Source: Lama guanicoe (lineage: Eukaryota). Taken from it: a stretch of 64,000 bases of DNA. The notes under the pieces are model-generated. The model searched no databases and was not told the DNA's origin. It saw only the letters and a program-made list of their open reading frames with translations. The stretch spans positions 7,296,773 through 7,360,772 of the forward strand of contig MU056050.1 of NCBI GenBank assembly GCA_013239625.1, read 5' to 3'. Positions 1 to 11,968 of this stretch are shown here, piece by piece. Position numbers and translations under genes: made by a program. The number at the start of each line of letters is the position of its first letter. Position 1 is the first letter of the stretch.

Positions 1-3000
1 GGATGCATCCCTCGTAAGATGGCTAAGAGAACCTCACATAGGACCATTCTGCTGGGTTTCCAGAAAGCTTCTGCAACAATAGTACCAACTCCAGCATTAA
101 CCAGGGGGAATAAGTGTTCCAGTCACTGCATTTGAAACAAGCGTGTTATACACAAAGGCCTGACTGTTTGCAGTGGGATATCCTGGTTGGTTTTATTTAG
201 GCAATATAATAATGTAACTTTCTTAGTCTGATGCTCTTTATTTGAACATTCATTACAATGATTCATCTCTCCTCTTCTTTCTTTACCAATGATATTTGCA
301 TTCTATTAGCAAATATAATTTCATAGAGGAAGATAAGAGAATCCAACTTATCCAATTTGTTTCCATCATAGTAACAGAAGGAATCCTTCAATGGTCTGTT
401 TTGCATCATTCTACTGATTTCAATAAGTTTTTCTTTATAAGTCAGGGTTTGTAGCATTAAATATTACTCATCACTGCAGAATCAGTATTAATCTAATATC
501 ACACAGATAGTTTGGTTTCATCTAACTCAACACCCTCTTATTTTCTAGTCTGGAGGTTCTTTCGTTCCACAGAAAGCATGCTGACGTTGTACCTTTCTGA
601 GAGATACTTAGCACTAATGTGATTCTCTAAAAGGCTATCAGCATTTTACCCTGTATGAATAATTAACTGGGTACCTGCAATTTCTCTGTTGCTGGGTTGT
701 AAGAGCTTTGAGGGCAGGGATGGTACCTTATATGCTGTTAACTATGCTCCAGGATATGGCATAGTGAATGAACGTGGCATAGTGAGTGAGCAAACAGCTG
801 ATTTTTAACTCCTTCAATCTGCTGAATGCACTGTAATGCCTGACAATAATTGTGGCTCACACTATTTGTTGGTTTTTTTTTAAGTAAAAATACTTTCTCC
901 AATTTTTATACAAATTTTCCCCAAGTTAATCTTGCTAATATTCTCCATTTTAATTTCTTCTTTCACTAACTGAACTTAGTCTACATAAGAGCATTAAACT
1001 CTACTAGGGGTTCTCTGGTTAGCTGGTTGGTTTTGTCTAAAAAAATGATCTCAAGTCATGAGAATAAGATTAGGGGAACCAGGAATGATGTTCAAAATAT
1101 TCAAATACCAGTATGGCATGAGCAACCAAACAGAACCTTACCACTGGAGTAGGGCCCAGGAAATCCTCTTGTGCCAGAGGTCAATCCATTATTGTTAGAC
1201 TGTGGGGAAGCCTGGAGGATACCAGGAGGATCAGGGTGGCCTGGCTGACAGGCAGTCATTTAGTGGGGTGGTCTGGACAGTGATTATTTATTTGCAGGAG
1301 TGGATGGTTATCACTTAGGGGGCATCTGACAGTACCTACTTCCAATTGGAACGGAAGTTTTTCAATATTTTAAAACTAATATGACCATCCAATATACACT
1401 GGCTGAATATCAGCCTGGAGGTTGGGGACCTCTCTTTACCTGGATACACAGCATAATAAGCAGATAATCCTATCCACAGCTGCATTCTCCTTACATAATC
1501 TGTCTTAATGTTCAAGAAAACCATTGTGATCAAAATTATTCTTTATATTAAACTCAAATACAAAAAACCCCCTTTTCTACAGAAATATCAATCTTTTTCC
1601 TCTTATTCTGTTTTCCTAGAGGATGATCTAATCACTTTTTATTGGTTAAATATTCTTTTCTTCCTTTAAAGAAATTATTATTTAAAAATGCCCCTGAATA
1701 GTGTTTTGAGCCTAAAAAGAAAAACAGATCCCAGCACCTACAGTTTTTCCACACCATGCAATGGAAGGTGAGCAGGTAGGGTTAGCTGGGAAGCAGAGAC
1801 ATGTAGTAGGAGACTGAGTAGCTAGCTGTCCTTAATGTCTCTTGCTTGAATAGAGAATGTAATTGTTTTTTAAATGGCAGAGGCTGGACAACAGAGAGTT
1901 CTCTGTTCAAACCATTAGGAATAATAGAAACAAAAGTGCCATGTTTTTGTGCCCTTTAAAATTCTTTGTTATCCCAGTTCAATATCCAGGTCTCTGGATA
2001 GCAGATCTACTCCACCTCAACATATGCAGTAGCTCCTTAGGTACCTCATTGTCATCTATCCCCACCTGCACATGTCCACTCAACTGTGTTGCCATGAGTA
2101 GCAATTGCTTCTCTGTTGAGGAACTGGCTGGGTTCCAAGGTCACAGTTTGGGTAAGCTTGCCTTTGCCATTTAGTGTTAATTTTACTTTATAGTAATGCT
2201 AATGAAATTGCTCAGAAAGTTGGATAGGACACATAGGAAATTGGCAAGGTGACTAATTCTTATTTCCCTAGAGGTGATGGCTACAGCTATACTAGCTATT
2301 GTGAGTAGATGCCAGTTGAAAATTTCCTCAGGTATAAGCTGGGTAAAAGGATGAGTCAGAATCATAATTTCTGCCTGGAGAGAATGTCTAAGCAATAATA
2401 CTGGTCATGAGGTATTCCGCATACCCTAGTGCTGGGGTATCAAGCCTGGGATTCTCGCTTAGTAATAAAATCAAATAAGCAGGAATAAATAAAATAATAC
2501 AAACAACAATAATAAAATCAACTAAGTAGGAATTCTCACAGGTATACATTTAAAAGAAAAGTTCAGGAGTATCATGTATACCTTACTTTCTGGGACCTCT
2601 CTTAGATTGCAAGCTGGACATACAAAGGAACTTGGAGTACACACTAATGAAGTTTCAAATGGCATGTTGCATCATAGCTTGGAGGCAGAGGACTTGCTAC
2701 AAGTATTTATTTGTGAGTTCCAAGGAAATATTCCAGAAGTGTTCCCTTCACTCCTCATCAACTGTAATATAAAGAGATCTCCAATAAAGTGAAGTCCTTT
2801 CCCTTATGTGTGGGATTTCCTTGTGAATCAGTGACTCCTTGGATAGGAGCTACACCTATGGAATATAGATTGAAAATAATGGCTTAGGGTCCATAGCATG
2901 GAAGAGCTCTGACAAGCATGCCCAGTGGGAGACACTGATTAGAAAGTTACAGACTTCTCCAATTTTTACATTTACTCCTGCTTCCTGCTAAGTTACATAA

Positions 3001-3671
3001 GCTTCCAACACAAAGGTTAAAATGCCTTAACCAGGGATTTCACTTATGCAATAGACAAACCAAATATTCATACATGAGTATAAATGGCTGCTTGTGAAGC
3101 ACCTTAAGTTTTTTTCAATAAAGGAGTTTTGTATGTGTCCTCTGGTCTGCACTCTGCCAGGGGCATATTGCGTTGACATTAGAAAAACGTGCTCTTTTCA
3201 ATACGATTTAGTCTCATTTCCTTTTCCTTCCGAGTCTCTCTCTAATGACTGGAAGTAGAATGAGACTTCGATTTTAGGATGATTAAGAGGTCTGTGAGCT
3301 GGCTCTTTCTTCCCTTGGTGTGTAACCAACTTCAAAGAAGCAATTGTGTAACTACTAAGGAAATTAGTTCTTTGCCAAGGGATGGAGACCTTTAGTCATA
3401 AGCCAGAATGAATAAGTAAGCCCTTCTGTCTCCCTCTCAAGAGGGCCTCTGGTTCTGAGAGGAGTGTCTGGCTGACGGTCTAGGTTTGCTTACAAGAGCA
3501 GCAGCAGTCAGCTGGTCAAGAATATTGTTTGTGTTCCTTCTGGAGGCAGAAGCACTGGAATAGGGAGGCTAGGGTGAGTGTGGGGAAGACAAAGGAAATG
3601 AGACAGTAAACAAATGAACAGATATAAAGTATATAGCACAATGCCTGACAGGTACACCTCTGTGTAGAGCT

Positions 3672-4105
3672 ACCACTTACTGAACACCTTCCTGTGTAAC
3701 TTACTGCACTAAGCGTTTTATATGCATTATAGCCTTACAAAAACTCTATGAGGCATGTATTACTATGATTCTCATTTTATGGAGAAGCAAACTGAATCTT
3801 GGAATTTTAAGTAACTTGCTCAAAGGCTTCACAACTAGTAAAAGATGGGCCAAGATTGGAATCCAGTTTTCCTTCTTTTGATCCTAAGCGTCAAGCATTA
3901 TATTACTTATGCCTAATCCTTACCACACTCTGGAGCTGCAGGTATGATGATCTCCATTTACAGTTGAAGAAATGGTGGTTCAAAGAAGTTAAGCAACTTG
4001 CCCAAGATCACACAGGCAGTAAGTGGCAGAGTGAGGATTCTAATCCAAGCTTGACTCCAAAGCCAATGCTTAAGCCAATCCTTTTAACCACTGAACTCTG
4101 CCACC
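3672..4105 (-). mobile_element. Two adjacent MIR SINE fragments
   Basis: Reverse MIR core twice ('ctcattttatggagaagcaaactgaatc...aagtaacttgctcaa' and 'ctccatttacagttgaagaaatggtggttcaaagaagttaagcaacttgcccaagatcacac'). Boundaries approximate. Confidence 0.85.
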
Positions 4106-4447
4106 TCTAGTGCAATCTGATATATATTAGACATTTGGTAGATACTTGTCCCCATCCCAACTAGTACAGTGAAGTTAAGTGGAGAACTAAGAGTTGAAGG
4201 TGACTTGAACTTGGTAATCAGAGAAGGAGAGGTTGAATAGTAGAGCTAGACCTAGAGCTATGATTTTACCCTGGGGCTGGTGTTACACAACATGTGCGGA
4301 GAAGCCATAAAAAGCATAGGGAGATAAAGCGTAACTGATTTCCATCTCCTCATCCCAAATTATAAGAGGAAGAGAGACCACTCAGAACATGAGCTGGGGC
4401 TAGGAGCTAACACCATTAGAGAGTTACTATTACCTGAGCTAGGTTGG

Positions 4448-5238
4448 TGTGCCCGTTATCAGTTTATTGCCTCCTAGATTCAAATTCACCCTTGTTGCTT
4501 GCTCTGTGAAAAGAGCTCTGGGCCTTTTAAATATTTTACCTTTACCAGCCGGTACAGCGTTAAATTTTGTCAGTAAGGGGGCACGAGAGAGACGTTTCAG
4601 GAGGAAGGAGCTTTTCTCCCCGGTTCCAGTGTGCTAGTATGCTCACTTGGCAGGCTCCTCCAATGTAGCTACCCAGCTTCCCCAGTGACTATCTCCAGCA
4701 GCACACACAGCTTTCCCAGCACTAGGTTCCTGCAGTGCCTACAACTTTTCCAGCATGCAGTCCCTGTAGTACACGGTAATCAGCAGCACCCAGCAGCTTC
4801 TCCCAGTAACTCTCCTTCAGGCAGTTTTGTAATGGAGTGCCTGTGCTGAGATAACCTCCCTTTGAACAGCTCTCCCTGGCCCTGTAGGGGCAGATTTTCC
4901 AAAAGTTCCACAGCACAGATTTCTAGAAATTTCCAGGAGGCAGGATTCAGCAAGTTCTGCCAGTACAGAACCACAGCAATTTCTCTGCTACACAGTGAGA
5001 CACAACTATGCCCTATCCTACAAGGTCGAGATCTCATCCCTGGGGGAAGGGTTCTCCCTTGGGTTTTCTAACTCTTAGGGTGTGGTGTCTGCTCCTTGTA
5101 TCTGCTATTCCTACATTCTTTGCAGTTATCTTTACTTCTTATTGGCCAATCCCCTGTTATTGTTAATACTTACAGTAAACTTCTCCTGTTTAAATTACTG
5201 TGTGGTTTCTCCTTTTTGATTTTTCCCAGACCGATACA
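4448..5238 (+). mobile_element. Old solo LTR, ERVL-type (MER54/MER74-like group; subfamily uncertain)
   Basis: Starts TGT and ends '...aaacttctcctgtttaaattactgtgtggtttctcc...agaccgatACA', typical of ERVL LTR 3' ends. Partially matching flanks gttgg/gttaa. Confidence 0.65.
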
Positions 5239-5832
5239 GTTAATCCCCTCTTCCCAGATCTCAAAGTAAGGTGATTCCTTGGGCAAAGGGGTGCTTCTAG
5301 GAAGGAAGTGCAGGTAGTGAGAATGGCCTTTCCTCCCAGAGACAAGTTCTAAAGAGAAAAGAATATCTTATTTTTTTCAGGACGAAGAAGATGACTTCTC
5401 TGTCTTCCTTTCTAGTATAAGAAAATGAATTAAATTGACTTGGCCTCTCAGCTGCTGGAATTCTTTCAATGAGGAGGAAAGAATCTGCTAGATAGAAAAA
5501 GCAACTGGAAACCTGAGGACTGCTTGGGCAATGAGACTCAAAGGGCTTATGATCATTCCTTGGTCTGAACTCTACTTGAAGTTCTATAGCGCAAGTGCTC
5601 CAAGAGGGAAGTAGGTATTTGTAATGACAGCCTCAGACTGACACTCTCTTTAAGAAAACAATGAATATTAAACTCAAAACCTTTATGATGGACCACAGCT
5701 CAAGATTCAAAGCTCAAGACTGCCTTCCCTCCACTAACAGAGATAAAATATTCCCCCCCAAGCTTTTGCACGGACATATTTATAGAAACTTTCAGACATA
5801 AACTTCTGAAACCTTAGGATAGAAGTTAGGTG

Positions 5833-6590
5833 TCTGCATCAGATGATGGCTATGCAAGGATTCCAGCCCACATCGCCCTCTGACACAAAACCAAAAGGCT
5901 GTCCTGCCCCTGGGGCCCCTAGATTAGGCATTCAGAGATTTTTACTTCCTGATAGGCAGGGGTCAATGCCCCTACTCAGCTCGGAAGTAGTTTGAGAAGA
6001 TGCACCATCGCCCCTCTGCAGCCCTGTAAGATTATGGGAGTAACATCTTTAAGGAGGGAATGAAACAGGAGGGAAGGGTGCAGGGCAAAGCCATTCAAGG
6101 AATGACATCAATTAACACCAAAATGGTGGAAGATTCAACTCCCAGTAGGCCTTGAGGATTAAGATGGTGGGAGGTTTGACTTCTAGTAGAACTTGAGCTT
6201 CATTATATGCTCATTGTAACATATTATCACGATAAATAACATGCCCACAGGCACCATGACAATCCCAAGGCTAACCACAAAAGGTCAAAGAGTGGGCAGT
6301 GGCCAAATTCTTGGGAATCTCAGCCCCTTCCCCAGGCTAGTTGGAATAGTCCTCCCACTGGTAGGTGTGTGAAGCTACCAAGCCCATAAAAACTGGCAAC
6401 ACCACACCTCTCTTGCTCCCTCCTCTTTGGAGATGGCCCGCATTCTGTCTATGGAGTGTGTACTTACTTTTACTTTAACCTGAGCACCCAACCCCCACAC
6501 CTCATGGCCTTTCTGTTGCCTTTTGAAACAGCCTACACTCTATGCAATATGTATCTTTGTAAATAAATCTACCTTTACTAAAAAAAAAAA
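5833..6590 (+). mobile_element. ERV1-like 3' internal segment + polypurine tract + LTR U3-R ending in poly(A) (retrocopied ERV transcript)
   Basis: PPT-like 'aaggagggaa' followed by TGAAAC (LTR start about 6061). AATAAA at 6562-6567, A-run at 6580-6590. Direct repeat aagttaggtg at 5823-5832 and 6589-6598. Confidence 0.75.
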
Positions 6591-7769
6591 GTTAGGTGCT
6601 TGGAGTGGTGTGTCAGGATATTTTCCAAGTGCCACAAGGAGGAATGGTTTTCACCAGTGACAGAACACCATCATAATTTTTATATTATTCATGGATTTGT
6701 GTAGCTGAGTTCTTTCTGAATTTGAATAAAACATTTTCCAAAGCATGTGTTGTTAATTAACGACTACCTTTCTACTTTCGTTCTCTGTATGCCTTCATGC
6801 TTCCCCACCCCTCCAACCACCTCAAACTACAATATTGCTTCCCCAAAGCTTAGTGAATGAAAAATGGAAGGCAAGCACTTTTGTTGGAGAAAATAAGGAA
6901 ATGTAAATCTCAAGGTCTGATAATCAATGAAAATGCTTCCTGTACATGATACAAGGTCAGCTTTGGAGAATTTAGGAAGCATTGTCCCAGATCAAATTCA
7001 GAGACACTAAAAGCATCATAGCTAATCAGCTAGCCTGCTCCATTGCTAGGAAAGTTTTCCATATACACTTCCCATGTGGTTGAGGCCTCAGAGCAATAAC
7101 AACTGCATTTGGAGCCATGGCAGTTTTCAATAAAGACTATTTAGCCTGAGTGGTCTCTGGGAGGCTTCCAGGTGGTCTTCTGGATCATCGAGGGCACCAG
7201 TATGTTCATTTTTGGGTGAAGATCCCGATCAACATGGGTGAAAGAGAGAAGTTTGAATCATTTTGCATAGTATGATTCTCCTAATAGAAAATTAACAAAT
7301 TGAAGTCTCAGAAAATCAGTCCAACTATAGTCTCTTCTTCTTCCCTTCCTCTGTTTGCTCTTTGTAATCTTGGCCCTGACCTAAGTCCCTGCAAACCTTC
7401 ACTAGCCTTCCCTCTTTACCTCCGTCCCCCACATATATGTACACATATCCACACAGAGGGATCACACAGCCAAGAATGGAAGGGAGAAACGAGCATTGCC
7501 TCAGAGCAGTTTGATGGTTTATACTGTAGTTGCTGGTAAGGACAAGTGGAATTGGTGATAGGTAGGAGTTTGTTATCCCAGTTAGGATTTCCTCCTAAAG
7601 ACTGAGAAGGCCATTGATATAAACCAGGGGTTGTTGTAAACCAGTGAAGACTTACCTTCACTTTCTAAACAGGAATAAGTACTTTGTTGCTCTCATGATA
7701 ATAGAGTATTGGTTCTTACCTAGGGTGGTTGGATAGTCTGGCACATGAAGAGCTGGTGTTGGGAGAAGG

Positions 7770-7995
7770 AGTAGCCTAGTGGTTAAGATGGGCCCTAGGA
7801 TCAAGACCTGAGTTTGACTCTCAAATTCATTCATTACTAACCATGAGCAAGGTACTTAACTTCTCTGAGTCAGTTTTCTCATCTGCAAAATGGTGATAAT
7901 AGTATATGCATTATAGATGTTGTGCAGAACAAATAAAATAAGTTACGTAAAGTTTTTGGTACACAGCAAACACTGCATATATGTTGGCTACTAAT
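7770..7995 (+). mobile_element. MIR SINE
   Basis: 'gtagcctagtggttaag...gcaaggtacttaacttctctgagtcagttttctcatctgcaaaatggtgataatag'. Confidence 0.85.
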
Positions 7996-8099
7996 ATTTC
8001 TACAGTATTATTTACTAAAAAGCACATTGTCATAACAACCTTGGCAGCCTTGCTCTCTTTTGTCACTTTTGGATATTTTGATGAAGGTGATGTTGTCAG

Positions 8100-9555
8100 G
8101 GGTCAAAAAAGATATGAACTGCACAAATATTCACAGTTTATTTTAATTAAAAATTTTTGGGGGGGAGGGAGGTACCTAGGTTTATTTATTTTTAATGGAG
8201 GTACTTGGGATTAAACCCAGAACCTCATGCATGCTAAGCACGTGCTCTACCACTGAGCTATACCCTCCCCCCTCACAATTTATTTTTGAAAAAAGTGCAA
8301 AACCAATTCAATATAATTGGACATCTGTAGGCAGAAGGAAAGAAAAGAAAGAAAGAGACAGAGGAAGAGAGCAAGCAAGAAGGAAGGAAGGAACTTGACC
8401 TAAATCATATACCTTATACAAAAATTAACTCAAGATGAAACATAGACTTAAACATTAAATATAAAACTTTAGAAGAAAAACAGGGGAAAATCTTTGGAGT
8501 CTAGTGATAGGCAAAGAGCTCTTAACCTTGATACCAAAAGCAGGACTCATAAAGGCAAAAAATTGATAAACTAGATTTCTTCAAAATTAAAATTTTGATC
8601 TGTGAAAGACCCTGTTGAGAGCATAAAAGACATGCTGAGGAATGGTAGAAAATATCTGCAAACCATAAATTCAACAAAAGACTAGTATCTAGAGTATATA
8701 AAGAACACTTAAAACTCAACAAAAAAAGCAAAATAAAATGATTCAATTAGAAATTGAGCAAAAGATGTGAAGAGACATTTCAGCAAAGATGACATATAAA
8801 TAGCAAATATGCACAAGAAGAGATATTCAACATCATTAACCATTAGGAAAATTCAAAATAAAATCACAATGAGGGACTATTATACATCTTTCAGAGTGGC
8901 TAAAAGAATAAAATATTGACTACATCAAATACTGATGAGGATGTGGAGACTGAATCACTCATACCTTGATGGTAGAAACATTAAATGGTACAGTCATTCT
9001 GGAAAAGTTTGTCTTTTTCTTTAAAAAATTAAATACACAACTACTAAATGACCCACCAATGTACTTAGGTTCACACAAGATCATGTACATGAATGTGTTT
9101 AGTAGTTTTTTTTTCATAATAACAAAAAAACTGGAAGAAAAACCAGTATGTTCTCAGGTAAATGTTAAACTGTGGCACATCCATACAACAGAATACTACA
9201 CAATCAACAACTACTGATACACACCATTCGAAGGAATTATGCTGAGTGAAAAAGTCCAAACCAGATGGGTTACATACTGCATAATTACATTTATATGACA
9301 CTCTTGAGATGCCAAAATTATAGAAATGGATAACATATTAGTGGCTGGTGTAAGGCTGGAGGGAGGTAAAGCAACATGAAGGATCTGTGTCGTGATGGAA
9401 CTGTTTTGCATTTTGACTGTACAAAGTCAATATCCTGGTTGTGTGATTGCAGTACAGTTTTGCAAGATGTTACTGTATGAAGGGTATATAGGACCTCTGT
9501 ATTATTTCTTACAAACAGTGTGTGAATCTTCAATTATTGCAAAATAAAATGTTTT
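8100..9555 (+). mobile_element. Old L1 (L1MC/L1MD-like) ORF2 3' end and 3' UTR, interrupted by a SINE
   Basis: 'atacaaaaattaactcaagatg', 'aaatatctgcaaaccata', 'caacatcattaaccattaggaaaattcaaa', 'aaactgtggcacatccatacaacagaatactac'. Confidence 0.85.
8145..8272 (-). mobile_element. Camelid tRNA-derived SINE (Vic-1 type)
   Basis: Reverse reads ggggagggtatagctcagtggtagagcacgtgcttagcatgcatgaggttctgggtttaatccc (A and B boxes) plus an AT-rich tail. TSD tcaca(g/a)tttatttt at 8131-8144 and 8273-8286. Confidence 0.9.
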
Positions 9556-11179
9556 GATTTTTTTAAAAAGGATGAGAAAAATGATGTGGATACATGGAAG
9601 AAGGAGAGTAGAGACAGACCCTATTGTATACAGTTCAGATATGGGTCCAAGATTATAGAAGAGTTTCTAGCTTGGCAGGCTTATCCAATGTACTGCAGAC
9701 ATCCTCCTCAGTGGAGGAGAGCAAGGCAGGTTTTTCATGCAGAGACAGCATTTGCTCCTCTCAGTGGGATATTAGTTATTGCTCTCACAAGTCTGGAAAC
9801 TAGGAGGTATATGACACAATTAATGGTGGTTAGAAAGCTTTGGGTTAGAGTCAGTAAAGTTCCTGAACATCCCCCAAGCAGCTCTGTTGCTGGTACCTAG
9901 GCTGCTACAGAAAGAGCCTCCTTTGAGATCATTTATGCAGAGGGGAACTCAGAGGAAATAGTACCCTTTTTCTTGACCTCTGCAGAAGAGAGACAAGGGA
10001 GAGCAGCCATAGGACAGCCCTCTTCCTGAAGACAGCATGGAGAAGGAAAAGAGAGGCCTGAGAGTGGGAAGGGAGAAAAGACTGAGGATCACAGACTTGG
10101 CAAGGAAGAAAGCAGAAAATTCTCTGCTTCCCTGTGTCTAGGTAATTGGGAATCTCTTTACGTATCAGATTCCACGCAGTAGTTCAGGCAACTTGGAAGA
10201 AAAGTGTTGGGTAAAGACCAACTGATTGTTGACATCTCATTTTCAAAGGCTAACTGTTCACACACGAATGACTGTGCAGAATATTAAAGACCAGTCTGCT
10301 CTTCCATCTGGACAATGGATCACTACAGGGAGAACACATTTGTAAAATGTGTTCCACTACCACTGGCTGAGTATTTTCAAACAGACGTAACAGTCTTTCC
10401 TGCTGCTCTTGTCTTTTCCATGATGTTATTAAACTATTGGATTTGAGTAACACTGACTTTTAGGTTTCCCACACTGGTTTTCTGTTTACCAAATCCACTG
10501 AAAAAATGGATTTGGTAAACAATGGACCAGCGCAGGTGGTCTATCTACAATCAGCAGAGTTCGCTGGGGTCAGGTGAATTTCCAATGAGTCTGAATGAAG
10601 GCATTTTAAGGTGTCTCACAGGAGTAGTCCAGGGATAGCACCACCTCTGCCCACTTCCTATCTTCCCTAATCATGCTCCAGGGGCAGAGAGGAGCTTCTT
10701 GAGCCTTAGAGTACATTTTGTATTCAGCCCATTTCCACAGGGCATAGTACCTTCCTGTCTTTCTCACCTTCTTTTCTGACTGCCAGCTCTATTATCCATC
10801 AGAAATTTGATCCTGCTAGAAGTGCTGTGGGGCTTTTTTCGGTCTGTTTTTTAAATAGAGCCTTCCAGTTTCTTTTGGGCCATTATGTTCTCCTGAAGCA
10901 ATGCTTTGCCGCCAGTCATTAATATTTAATGTGACTAGAAGCTTTCACAAAAACCTATTGAGATGCACATGCTTTAAGTGGCAAAGCTGTTATTTAATGA
11001 TCTCAGGTGGGTACACTAATTCAACCTACCCATGAGGGAAGGTGACCTCCTAGTCCCTCTGACTCTGTATCTACATTAATATGATTGAAATCTCTTGCCA
11101 TTTATGAAAACATCTATTCACCCTAGAAGAGAGGGCTGTAGGATTTTTCTGGTATCATGAAAGTAACTGATGATTTCTA

Positions 11180-11640
11180 AAAAAATTGGAAAAGAATATA
11201 AAAAATACAAGTGTGAAAAGATGTACATATGATGAATGTCTTTTACAGCACTGTTATAAGAAGAAAATAAATTAGGGACAACCCAACTGTCCAATAATAG
11301 AGGACTGGATAAATAAATTAAATGATATATTTATAAATGGAATTCTCTGTAGCCAGTAGGAATAATGATGTAGATCTATGCTTACTGACATAGAAAGATG
11401 CCAAGGTACATTAATAAGTGAACAAAATCAGGCTGAAAAACAGTATGTACAATATGATTCAATTGCTTCTATTAAAAAAATTGACACTCTGGTCAAAAAG
11501 TCAGAAAAGGTATACACCAAAATGTTAAAAAGTGTTTTCTCTGGGTGTTGTGATAGTGAGTGATTTTCACATAATTCTTTACCTCTTTCTTTGCTGCCTG
11601 AAATTTTAAAAAGCATACACAGCAAAATTATTTTGTTTAA
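11180..11640 (+). mobile_element. L1ME-like 3' UTR fragment
   Basis: 'acaacccaactgtccaataatagaggactggataaataaatta...ggtacattaataagtgaacaaaatcagg...tatacaccaaaatgttaa'. Confidence 0.7.
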
Positions 11641-11747
11641 AAAGTACTATGGGATTGTAGCTATACAACTTACACATTACTTTCACTTGAAATTGCAATC
11701 CAAGCAATCTTTATGTTTCCATTCAAGCCCCAGTTTTTAATCTAGAG

Positions 11748-11968
11748 CAGAGGTTGGCTCTAGATTAAAACTTTTCTGTAAAGGGAGGGCCAGACTGTAA
11801 ATATTTTAGGCTTTGTGTGCCATATAGCCTCTGTCATAACTCTGCACTTGCAGTGCTAAAGCAACCTGAGACAATATGTAAATGATTGGCACTGCTATGT
11901 TCCAGTAAAACTTTATTTATAGAAACAGACCATGGGCCAAATTTCACCTACAGGCTAGAGTTTACTAA
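11748..11968. mobile_element. MER58A-like hAT-Charlie DNA transposon
   Basis: 'cagaggttggc...aaacttttctgtaaaggg...ccagactgtaaatattttaggctttgtgtgccatat...gttccagtaaaactttatttatagaaacag'. Confidence 0.85.

Noticed and set aside
1..480. Short ORF and RT-like motifs (ttccagaaagcttctg)
   Set aside because: At best a very degenerate ancient LINE; too decayed to call.
8195..8272. tRNA-like sequence
   Set aside because: It is the head of a SINE with an AT-rich tail and TSD, not a tRNA gene.
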